A stretch of DNA of 64,000 nucleotides. Source: Patescibacteria group bacterium (GTDB lineage Bacteria; Patescibacteriota; Microgenomatia; UBA8517). The stretch's first letter is position 1. Every line of letters starts with the position of its first letter. The DNA is taken from assembly GCA_041742135.1 (NCBI GenBank), contig JBGSJG010000004.1, positions 171,773-235,772 of the forward strand. Direction: 5' to 3'. Of this stretch, positions 38,862-50,800 are shown one piece after another. The position numbers were made by a program, and so were the translations under genes. The notes under the pieces were generated by a model. That model did no database searches. It saw only the letters and a program-made list of their open reading frames with translations, and was not told the DNA's origin.

Positions 38862-41800
38862 CAGTTCTTGTCGACTATGAACCAGTCAAATTCAACATCG
38901 TAGTTTTCTGGGAACTGGACGCTAACTGTAAAGCCAACACCTTCTTCTTTGGCTGTTACGGCCATTGGATAGGCGAGAGCAGCTTTTGGCGTAACTAAGA
39001 TCAGCGAACTTGCGTTTACCAGATCGCTTTCAATCTCAACTTCAGTCGTGCCTGAGAGCAGGATTCCTGTTCCAGCTGAAGCTCCAGCAACTTTATATTT
39101 CTCAGCAGTAACTGTCTGAGCTACTATGTTACCGTTTGTATCAAATGAGATCAGTCCACCCATGAACTCGATATTACCCAAGGCCAGAGGCTGGATCTTC
39201 AAAGCGCCAATTGCATCGATTGAATTATTCGCATTGTCAATTTGAATTGTTCCGATGTTAAGCTTGCCGTTTATAACTGTGTCTGATAATACTGCGTCTT
39301 CAAGTACCGTGAGCTGATTTACTGTCAGATCAGTAAACACTCCAGAGCTTGATGTTTCCTCACCCAGATCAAGCTGAGATTGGATCAAGCTCAGTGAGCT
39401 TTGCAGATCCAAAATTTGTTGATCATAGTTGGTTTGCGCAAACTGCGTTTGGTTTACATAGATTGGATTGACAAAAACTGTAACAGTTTCTTGTCCGCTA
39501 CCTGGGGTCCAGGCTTCCAAAGCTCGGCCGATTACCCAACCGCCGTCTACCTTCTTTGCCATTCCTGCGGTCGCGGCGGCTCCGACTAAGTCTCCGTTGG
39601 CGATAGCGGCAGAGGTGGGATCAACCTTAACAGGAACTCGGCCGGCGAGAGCTACTTGAGCATAAGGAATGCCTTCTTCAGCTTGGCCGAGGATTAATCC
39701 CGGGTCAGTTGAGACTATGCCAATCACCCTTTGGCCGTCTGACTCAAGCGCGCGCTGTACCTTGATTGGATCAGAGCCATCGATGCTTACAACTTCACCT
39801 GCTGCGATTTCTCCGTTTGCTGGGAACCACTCAGCCAAATCTGATCCTGTCTGGTCGCTATTGCTTTCCATAAAGTTGATCAAGTTCCAGACAGTTCCGT
39901 CATAAATCCAGACGAAGATGTCTCCGGCTGCGGCTGCAAGGTCGACGTTTCCACAGTTAATTGTGGCTTCGCTTCCTGCACAGTCAAAATCAAGATCAGT
40001 ATCGCTTGATTCGATTACAATAATTTGCCCCGCGGTGCCATCGTCAAAGGTGGTTACAAGCCTGTTTGTGCTATTGGCTGCTACAAAGTGTGAAGCGCCG
40101 CCAACTGATGGGGTGGTGCTGTCTTCCAAGGTTTCTTGAGCGCCAAGTGAGAAGCCGCCATCTGCGATTATCTTGCCTGTGCCGTAAGTTTTGAGTGTAA
40201 GGTTCTGGTTTTCAAAACTCTCGCCAGATTCAATTGTAAGTGGGCCATATGACTTGACTACGCTTGCTGTCTGGTTTGTAAATACCAAATCATAGGCCAT
40301 GGTCACATCTCCAGCGGCTGTAAATTGGTGGGGAAGTGCAGAAGTGATTTGTGTTTCGTTGACCGCAAACAAGGAAGAACCATTGTCTGTTATGTTAAAC
40401 AGATTGCCTACGTTTGAGCTTGCGCCGATATTGATTCTTAAAAGATCACCCGTTGCCGTTGCCGCGCCCGTGTATTCAATTAAGTTAAGATTACCGCTAA
40501 AGGCAGAAGCTCCAGACAAGCTTGAGCTAAACAGGCTACCTGTAGTCACTGCTGTGGAAGTGGATGTTAAGTTTATTCCTTTGCCTGCCGCGAGTCCATC
40601 AAAAGATAAATCAAATCCAGTTCCTGAAGTGATTGAATCGGCGACAAATGCAAACGATCCAGTTGTGCTGGCGCTAGATGTAAACGTCTGAGCCCCTGTG
40701 CCGGAAGTCAAGTTCAAAGCTGTTGCCCCATTGGCATTACCCAAATTAACTGTGCTGGCATCTTCGTCAACCAATAACCAATTATTTGTTCCATCCCAAA
40801 TTCTAAAGTCTCCTGTGTCTGTTCCACTGCCAATTTCAAAATCGATGTTTGCACTGACACCCGCGATCGTCAAAGCTCCGTTGGTTGAGTCAACATCTAT
40901 TGTTTCACCGGCCTCGTATGCTTGTTGCAAAGTTGGGGTAGTACCAGCTGCCAATAAGTCAACAGTTGTTGAGCCGTCTTTTCTAAAGTTTAAGTTCGTA
41001 CCATTAAACCAGAGGTCGCCAATTGCGGGGGATGAAACATTGACGGCACTTGAAGCGTTAAGTCTCAGCGAAGCAATTGCAGTTGTGTTGGCTCCAATAT
41101 CAAGCCATGTTCCAGACGGGCTTACGTCTGCAATTCCAACTCCACCAGATGTGTTAACGGTCAAGAATGGATTGGTTCCAATTGTTGTTCCATCACCAAT
41201 TTGGAACAAGTCATCATCATCTCCGCCTGCGTCTTCAATGACTGCCATCCAGAAGTCGGTATCAGTTGCGGTCAAGGTATCAAAGACAATTGCTGGGTCT
41301 GCACTGGAAACTACCAAGTTGCCTCCAATGTCTGCAACCAAATCTCCGGCATTGTAGGTCTTAAGTGTAAGGTCGTTACTTTCAAATGATTCTCCGGCCT
41401 CAAGAGTAATTGGCCCCAAGGAACTTATATTGGAAGCTGTTTGGTTGGCCATAATTATGTCGTAAGCAAAAGAGACATCTCCTGCGGAGGTGAACTGGTG
41501 GGGAAGAGCAGAGGTAATTTGGCTTTCTGATACAGAAAATAGCGTTGTGCCATTGTCTGTTATGTTTAAAAGGTTACCAATGTTCGAGCTTGCACCTAGA
41601 TTTATTCTCACAAGATCGCCTGTAGCGGTTGCTGCGCCGCTAAACTCAAACAAATTAAGGTTTCCACTAAATGCTGAAGCGCCTGACAAGCTTGAGCTAA
41701 ACAGGTTGCCTGTAGTCACAGCAGTTGAGGTGGATGTTAGGTTTATCCCTTTGCCTCCCGCGAGTGCATCAAATGACAAATCAAATCCAGTTCCGGAGCT

Positions 41801-44800
41801 GATTGAGTCGCCAACAAATGCAAATGCTCCAGTTGTTGCGGCGGATGACGTAAATGTTTGAGCCCCTGTGCCTGAGGTAAAGGCTAGCGCCGAAGCTCCT
41901 GTGTTGTTGCCTACTGTGATTGTTCTTGCAGCTGAGCCAGTGCCAATATTTATGGCTTGAGCAACTGCGTCGTTACCTATACTAATAGCTCCACCAGATG
42001 AGTTGATTTGAAGAGCACCGGTAGCATCGATATCTAAAGTTGTCGATGAGATTGCGCCTGTGTCTCCGCCGTCTCCGATTGTAAATACTCCATTTGCGTC
42101 AAGCGTTCCATCGACTGTTACATTGTCTGCTCCGGTTGCAGTGGTGAGCGTTGTTCCTGTTCGTGTCCAATATCCCACAGTCCCTGTGGCTGCACCAGTG
42201 ATGTTACCAGAACAAACTAAGTTTCCATTTGATTGGTCCAAGGTACAACCCGTATCTCCTGAGCCTCCAGCAAAAACTATGTTGCCAGCTCCACTTCCTG
42301 TCGGGCCAATGTTAAATGTGGTCGCAGCTCCGCCGAAGTTGATTTGGGTAGAGGCTGAGTTTAATAAATTGAATGTTGCCGGCCCGACGATTGTGTCCGC
42401 GGTTCCTACAAATGTTAAGTCTCCAGTTGCATTAAACTGCGCATAATTGGTGGCTCCGCCATCGCCAACAGATGTGACTCCAAGTAAGCCAATTGTGGAT
42501 GTGGCCAAACCTCCAATGTTAATATCATCTGCTGTTGATCCTCCTGTACCAATATTGATTGTGTCCGCGCCAGTTCCTGTACCAATATTGAAAGCACGGG
42601 TCAAAGCTCCGCCGGCTCCTAGATTTAGCGTTGTCGCTGCTGTCGTTCCCACCGATACCGTTGTTGCCGTGGTATATCCAAGCTGAAGTTCACCTGCGCC
42701 ATTGGTGTCTAGGCCAACCCCTGCAGCTACAGTAATGTTTCCCGTTGATGCAACATCAAAGTTATCAAAGTTAATAACAGCCGTGGTTCCAGCAATATTG
42801 TTTGCTCCAACATTTATTGCATTGAAAAATCCTGCATCAGATACATCAATTGCATCTGCTGTGGTATCAGTTGAAGCGGTGTTGAGTAGCAAGTAATCTG
42901 TAATTCCGTCGGCTGTAGTATCAAGATTGTCCAGCTGGAAGATAAAAGCAGAGTCAGTTCCTGTTGCGTCGGGATTGCTGAAGACGATTGAATCATCTGC
43001 AGCTGTAAATGCAATAGTTGTATTGCCGGTATCTGTGTCGTTGTTGTAAGCAGTTTGCAGTGTCACTGAGCTGGCACCAGTATCATCATCTCCACAAGTG
43101 ATGACTCCGTTTGCATCAGTTGTTAAAACACCGCCATTGGCGGAACCAGAGCAGTTAAGGGCTGCGCCACCATCATATAGTCGTATATCTCCAGACGCAT
43201 TTAAGATGATGTCGTCTTCGGCTCTTATGTCTACATCATTGCCATCCGCTACCTGTGAGGGGAGCGTATCACCTCCACCAAGAAGAAGATTCGCCGTGTC
43301 TGAATTTGCGAGAACACTTAGGTTTCCAGCTGTTGTTGACCATACACTGGCTGCATTTCCAGTTAAGGTTAACGCCTGTGAAGCATCACCTGCCACAACC
43401 AGTGCAGCGCCCGATGGGCCAGTGATGTTTCCACCTGAAACAACCAAATCTCCAGTTATTGAAAGATCACCAGCGTTGGAGTTGTCAGTCAATGTCAAAA
43501 GATCATTTCCTGCGGCATCTTCTAGCGTAAAGACTCCCGTGTCAGCTATGCCGATGCTTGTGGTTGTGTCATTAAAGAATAGATTTGAATCCCAGCCGCT
43601 TCCGATGTTGATTGCATTTTCAGTCGCTTGAGCGTCGCCGGTAATTGCTGCTATGTCAATTCCGTAGAATGCGTTACTTGTTCCAGCATGATCAGCATTG
43701 GTATAGTTTAGGTATAGTCCGCGGAAGGTGTCAGAGTTGTCAAAAGCCCCCAGTGTCCCTGAAAGCGTGGCTGCATTACTTGAGCCGGCGGCTGCGTTTA
43801 CATTTAACACTGAAAGGTTTCTGGAAGCAGCAATGCTTAATGTGGTGTCGTTGTCGGATAGTGCTGAATCAACAAGGTTTGATCCAGAACTGTCCCATCG
43901 TGGGAGGAAGTCTTCTGTTCCAGACCCTGAAACTCCACCACTACCAACAGTACACGTAACCACGTTATTTGATCCATCTACACATAGAGCGTTACCAGAT
44001 CCGCTGGTAAGGCCAGATATGTTTAGGTAAGAGCCGGAAGCGTTTGCTGTCACAAGTGTAATGTCCCCACCACCGGCAGGATCAAGAGAAATGTCGCCAG
44101 AAGTAGTAGTCGTCAGGGAGAGGTTGGCACCTGTTGAGTTTAATCCCAAAGCTCCGCTTGAGCTTAGTGAGTTTGCATCAAGAGTTGTGCTGTCCACTAG
44201 TAGAGATGCTAAGGTTCCAGCACCCGCACCAGTTATTGACCAGTTGGGATCAGTAAGCGCGAGATCTATGTTTGTCGCAAGACCGATATTTATAGTTTGA
44301 GTGACATTTGATGTTCCAATGTTTAAGGCAGAACCGGCTGTTCCGTTGATCGATATATCATCTGTGGCAGCCAATGTGATGTCACCGTTTGAAGCACCAC
44401 CGGCCGTGAGCGTGATTGAACCATCAGTGGTATCAACCGTGACGTTTCCTGCTGAGTTTATATCAATTCCGCCAGCGCTGGTGTTTAGCGACAATGCATC
44501 TGCTCCGGTTCCAGCCGAAGAGAGAATCAAGGATGAGTTGGTAGCTCCTGTTACTGAAATATCCAAATCATCAGCATCACCACTTGAAGCTTTAGTGATT
44601 AAGTCCCCTGTGCCCACGAAAGATACATCTCCAGTAGAGCTCACTTGGAACAAGTCCCCATTGCCTACGCTCAAAGCGGCGGCAGGCGAGGAATCTCCAA
44701 TACCAAAGTTCCCTGCGTGATACGACTGGCCACCTGCGGAGTAGATTGAGTGATAACTATCAGCTGGTCCTGCATTGGCGTTGATGTAAAGCCCATAGCC

Positions 44801-47800
44801 AGTAATAGTGCCTGCTCCACCACCGAATTGGGCATTTATGTGAACTCCGTAGCCGGTTATATTACTGCCAGTTGAATTTACCCCAGCTACAGAATCTGCA
44901 TAAAGGCCTTTGACTGTGGCAGTACCCGAGCTTGCGGTTCCAAGGTCATATGCTGAAGCATAAACTCCAAGCAAAGTCCTAGCTGAAGAAGAGGTGTTTA
45001 GGGCATAAGCATTAATAGCATTATTGTAATCTCCTCCAGAGGCTTGGGTGTAAATTCCATAATTATTTAATGCATTACCTCCAGCTGACTCAGTTGCTGA
45101 GTTGAGATAATAGCCGCCGTATGTCGCCAGGTTTCCTGCTGTTGTATCAAATGTGCCAGCATTTGTTACGTACAAATTCTTGAAGTCAGCCGTGGTTACA
45201 CCAGTATCAATATTATCAAGCTGAAGTACAAAGGCAGAGTCAGTTCCGGCAGATGCAGTTGGATTTCTAAATATTAATGAATCATCGTCTCCAGAGAGGG
45301 TGATAAGTGAGTCAGATCCATTAGCGTCATTGTCGTATGCGTTTTGTAGGGTAGAGGCGAGGGCGCCGTTACTTCCTGTTATTGTTCCGGAACAGTTTAG
45401 GTTCCCATTCGACTGATCGAGCGTACAGCCTGTGTCCCCAGATCCTCCTGCCAAAAGAATGTTTCCAGCTCCTGAACCTGTTGGACCAATATTAAATGTG
45501 GTGGCAGCACCACCGAGGTTCAATGTTGTAGCTGTTGTGTTTATCAAATTGAATGTGCTTTCGTCCGTTGCGAGTGTCCCGGCCCCTACGGTTATAGTAT
45601 TGTTTCCAAATATCAACTGCGGGTCTGTCCCGCTCACATCAAACGTCCAAGTATTACTCGCATTTGCGTTATCACTCCAGATAATATCGTCAAGCTCAGT
45701 GGCATTAAATGCTATATCGTCAGCATTTACTGTAATACCGACACCGTCGCCGACAGTTACTGTGCGGTCAACATCTGCTCCGACCAAGATATTGTCAGCA
45801 CCACCTGTGAGCCCAGCACCTGCAACTAAGTCACCCAAAAGGTTAACTGTGAAGTCAAGGTTTTCGTCTCCATCATCTCCGTTCGTAAGGTTTGTCAAGA
45901 CGTTTCCATCCGAGGAGGTGAATCTAAGAATATTTGAAGCTACGATCGCGTAAGTGTCAGTGTCGTCGTCAGCTACGCTCCAGCTTACATAATTGTCATA
46001 TGTTCCAGCGGCTTGGTAACCAGTACATACTGAACCAGTTGTACAAATTGTCCCGGTCTCGTTAGGGAGTGACCATGTCTTGTTGCTGCCAGTTAAATCA
46101 AGCGAGGTAAGTGTGCCTGTAAAACTTGCTGCACTAGTAGTTTGCGGTTTGATAGATATAGTATCGCTGTTCGCGGTAGTTGAGCTTAGACCAAATGTAC
46201 CATCAGCTTTTAATATGTTACTAATTCCAATGTCAGTGCTTGCTCCAGTTGCGGTCCAGGTAGGATTACCCAAAGCTGCTGCATTCGCAAGCGTCAACTC
46301 ATTAACAGCGGATCCAGTAGCAGTCAGGTTGATTAACTCGTTTCCGTTTGTATCTAAAATAGCCGTACCGATTCTTGGAGAGGTAAGAGTTTTGTTTGTT
46401 AATGTTTGCTGCTCGTCACGCCCTACCACTGTCCCGCTCGCTCCAGTGGCAGCTGGGAAAGTCCAAGTGTCACTATCTACACCTGCAAAAGTCAAAGAGT
46501 TATCAATATTTAGAGTTTTGCCGTTTGCAATATCTAGTGTTCCAGTTGAAGTCGTGATTGTAAGCCCTTCGTATGTAGCTCCTGTTATGGCTCCGGCGGA
46601 AGAGATCTCCCAGTCGCTTGAGAATATTGAAACCTCAGCTGAGTTGTCTCCAGTTGCCGCGTCCCCCAGAATCAACCCGTTTCCTGCAGCTGCTCCGAGT
46701 TGGATAGTGTCTGCGCCTTCGTCTACAAGGAGCCAATTAGTAGCTCCATCCCAAATTCTGAAGTCTCCTGTGTCTGTTCCCTCTCCAACCTCAAAATCTA
46801 CATTAGCTGTTTGAGCATCTATGTCGAGTGCTCCTTCTCCTGAGGTAATGTCGATAGTGTTTCCGGATGTATAGGCTTGCTGCAAAGTGGTGGAAGCGCC
46901 GGAAATGCTTGCCCAAGCTGACCCATCCCACACTTTTACAAGATTGGTATCAGATTCATAGGCTAGGTAGCCTTCGGCTGAGCCTCCAGGTCCTGTCGAG
47001 GATAGGGAAGTGCCGGTAGGAAGCTTAAGCCCATACGAGCTGGTGGACTCTGGGTCAATAGCAGACAAATCAAGAAGTGTATTGGCAGCGAGCGTAATGT
47101 TACTTCCTGAATAGATTCCGTTATCCCAGCCAGCGCCAATATTAAGTGCATTTTCTGTGGCCTCAGCGTCAGCTGTTATACCAGCTATGTCGATTCCGTA
47201 AAATGCGTTTGTGGATCCGGTATGATTTGCATTTGCGTAGTTCAGATACAACCCTCGGAAGGTATCTGAGTTATCGAAAGCTCCAAGTGTTCCCGAAAGT
47301 GTTACTGAGTTAGCGCTTGCTCCAGCTCCGTTTACTAGGCTAAATGTGTAAGCGCCTGTGCCTTCGTCGCCGTTATTCCTTAGGTAAATATCATCAATAG
47401 TTACGTCTCCGCTTGTCACGGTGAAATAGCTATCGTTGAAGCTGGCAACACCCTTTGTGCTGGTGGTTGCATCTACTCCTGCAATAGCCAAACTGTTTGC
47501 TCCTGCCGTAGTAGTAATGCCGTTTGAACCACTGAAATCAACAATGTAGCCTGTGGTTACGTTTTGGTTTGAGCCTGCATCTGCTTGGAGAACCCAGTTT
47601 TGGTAATTGTCCGAGGTTGGGATATCTGAGGTTAGTGCAATTGTTCCAGTGGTGTTGGGTAACGACCATGTTTTGTCAGAACCTGTTAGGTCAAGAGATG
47701 TAAGCGTGCCTGTGAAGCTTGCCGCTGCACTTGTTGTTTGTGGTTTGATAGCTATTGTATCTGTGTTGGCAGTGCTTGAGCTAAATGTTGCAGAGTTTGT

Positions 47801-50800
47801 AGTGCTCAATGTTGAGCTGAAAACTCCAGAGGTTTGGGTGAATCCTGTAACTGCACCCAAGGCTCCAGAGTTAACGTTTAATCCATTTAACGATCCGGTT
47901 GTGGCTGCAGTTAATGTGCCACCAGTGGAAAGGTTTCCGGAGTCATCGATCGTGACTGATGAGTTTTGGATAAGCTTGCCTGTTGTCAAATCAAATCTTG
48001 CAATGGCGTGATCTGTTGAGCTTGCTGGGCCGACCACGTCACCTGTTCCACCTACACCAGCGCAGTTTCCAGTTGATAAACAAAATTCTGCGTCGCTGCC
48101 CTCGTAGGGGATGGTGTAAGTTCTGTCCGCTGTTGGGTCTTCAGCAATAATGTATAAATCGTTGGCGTCGTCGGTTGAGCCTTCAATTTCAAAGATATTC
48201 TGCCAGTCTTCACCGATTCGGATTGCAGATTCAATTACGGTGGCATCAACTGAAGCTAGGTTATTGATGTTTATTCCATAAAGCTCGTCTGCGTCACCTG
48301 TGTTGGCTGAAGTAACATCGATATTCAAGGCTGAGACTATGTCTGCATCGGCATCTGCTCCAAGAGTCAGGTTGAAATCAAACATTGTGCCGGAATTGGT
48401 AATTGTCTTGGTTGTGTACAAATTGGTGCCATCATCCAAGAGGTTTGATGAGGTTATCTCGCCTGCAGTTGAGCTAAACTTTGTCAGTGCATTTGTTGTT
48501 TGGCTGGTGTAGCTCACTCCGCCCCCACCTGAGCCAAAACAGTTACCTTCGGTTGTACATACAGTTCGATTATCAGTGATAACTGGAAAAGTGAGCGTAT
48601 ATGCTCCGCTTGTTTGATCTGCAAAGGCAAGGGTCAAGTCGTTTGTGGCCAAGTCGACAGTTGTGTTACCAGAAAGAGTGGGTGAAACGAGTGTCTTGTT
48701 ACTTAGCGACTGCTGTAGTGTTGTAAATACGAAAGTGTCATCAGCAGACAGAGCGGGGATAGTAGCGATTCTTGAGGCTCCACTTGGTGCAGTAACGGAT
48801 AGTGTGAGATCGTTTGACCCTTTTTCAAAAAGGAAAGTTCCATCTGCTTGGATTCTAAATCTTTCAGTTCCTGATGCCCCTCCTGTTAAGAAACTTAGGT
48901 ATCCGTCTGTGCCGGAAGGGGAGTCGCCTGAGGCCAGTACCAAGTTTCCACCAGCACCTGTTGTAAGACCGCTTCCAGCTATTACGCTCAGAGCGCCGCC
49001 TGCATTGCCGTTTGTAGAAGCATCCGAGCCTGTGATTGCATAAGCTGTTCCGGTCGCTGCGTCTAGGAAGTTCAGGCTACTGTCAAATGAACCTGTGACT
49101 GTGATCGTGTCTGCCGCAGCGTCCCCAAAATTAAGATTTCCCTGAAATGTGTTTTCTCCAGTAAATATTTGAGTTACATCAAGAAGCGCAAACGTACCTG
49201 AACCGTCAGGAAGAGTATATGTTCTGTCGTCAGTTAAATCTTCTGAAGTAATTGTGCCTGTGAATGCATTGGTTGCAGTTAGATTCTGAGGCTCGATCGC
49301 GATAGAATCAGTATTGGCAAGATTATTGCCAAACGTGGCCTTTTGGCCGGTAGTTAAATCTACACTAAAAGCTCCTTGAGTCTGAGTAAATCCTAGAACC
49401 CCTCCGATTCTGTCTGTGATATTTACATCTCCACCGGAAGAATTGATGGTCAAGTCTCCAGTGTCGCTTACGCTGAAGCTTGTAAATGCGCTTCCATCTG
49501 TCTCTGTAAGCCTCAGTTTTTCGTCGCTCGTTGTCAAGATATCAAGTGCCGCATCGGGGCCTGCTGTTCCGACTCCCACTTTTCCATCTGTGAGTATTGT
49601 TAAAAATGGATTAGTACCGGGGGTTGCTCCGTCTCCAATTTGGAACAGATCATCATCATCGTTTCCATTGTCATCAACAACTCCTGCCCAGAACTTGGTA
49701 TCTGAAGCTGCTCCTGCATTAAAGATCAAGCTTGGATCTTCCTTTGTTAAAGTTATATCTCCAAGATCAGAGATGGTGACTGTTGAGTCTTGTATTAATT
49801 TGCCTGTTGTTAAGTTAAATCTTGCAATTGCGTTGTCTGTGGCACTTGCTGGGCCAACAACATCTCCACCTGTGCCAGTGGCTGAGATGGTCAGGGTCTT
49901 TGTGGAATTGTCTGTTGCTAGTGTTACTCCTGTTCCTGCCGCCACATTCAAGGCTGTGGTAGTTGAGCTGGGTGTAATTGTTGTTTGGGTTGGAACCACA
50001 ATTGAGGAGAACAAATTCTGATCTCCAGTGTTCGTGCCTGAGAGTGTGGCATCTCCGTTAACAGTCAATGTCCTTGAAGACCCAGTACCTCCAGCAATGC
50101 TAAACTGGCTTGCTCCTTCAGTTAAGGTTAGGGCGTTGTAGGTGAGGGCAGTAACTGCTCCGAGGTTGTCTACCTGGAATGGGTCTCCGCTTCCCACTGT
50201 GAATAAAGCGGCAGGCGAGCTGTCTCCAATCCCTACATTGCCACCGAGGAAAGAAGCAGCGTATGTAGTATCGTTTGCGTTTGCAGTTGTTACGTCAATG
50301 TATGCTCCATAGATTGTATTAGTTAAAGTTCCTGCATCGGTAAAGCCTATGTCAAGTCCTCGCAGGGTGTTGGCAGAGCTTGATGCGTTATTAGTTAGAT
50401 TGATATCTATTGCACTCTGTGTGCCACCTGCAGTTGGGATGTATGTAGCAGTCAAATCAAAGGCGTTTCCGGTTGTCAGCCCTGTACTTGCAAGGGAGAG
50501 CAAGTTTTCTGTATCAGCGTCTAAATCAAAACTAAAGTTGGCGCTTGAGCTTAAAACTCCGTCGCCCGTGAAGTATGCAATTTGTGTGTCAGCTTGAGTA
50601 CCGCTTTCAGTTACACCGCCACCTGCACCTGCACAGTTTCCCGTTGATAAACATAGATCTGCATTAGCAGTGAGGCTTGGAATTGTGAGTGTAAATGCGC
50701 CGTTTGTCTGGTCTGCCACTGCGAGAACCAAGTCGTTAGTGGCTTCATCAAAGGTAAGATTGCTATCAAATGTCCAAGCACCGTTAAAGTCTCCATCATC

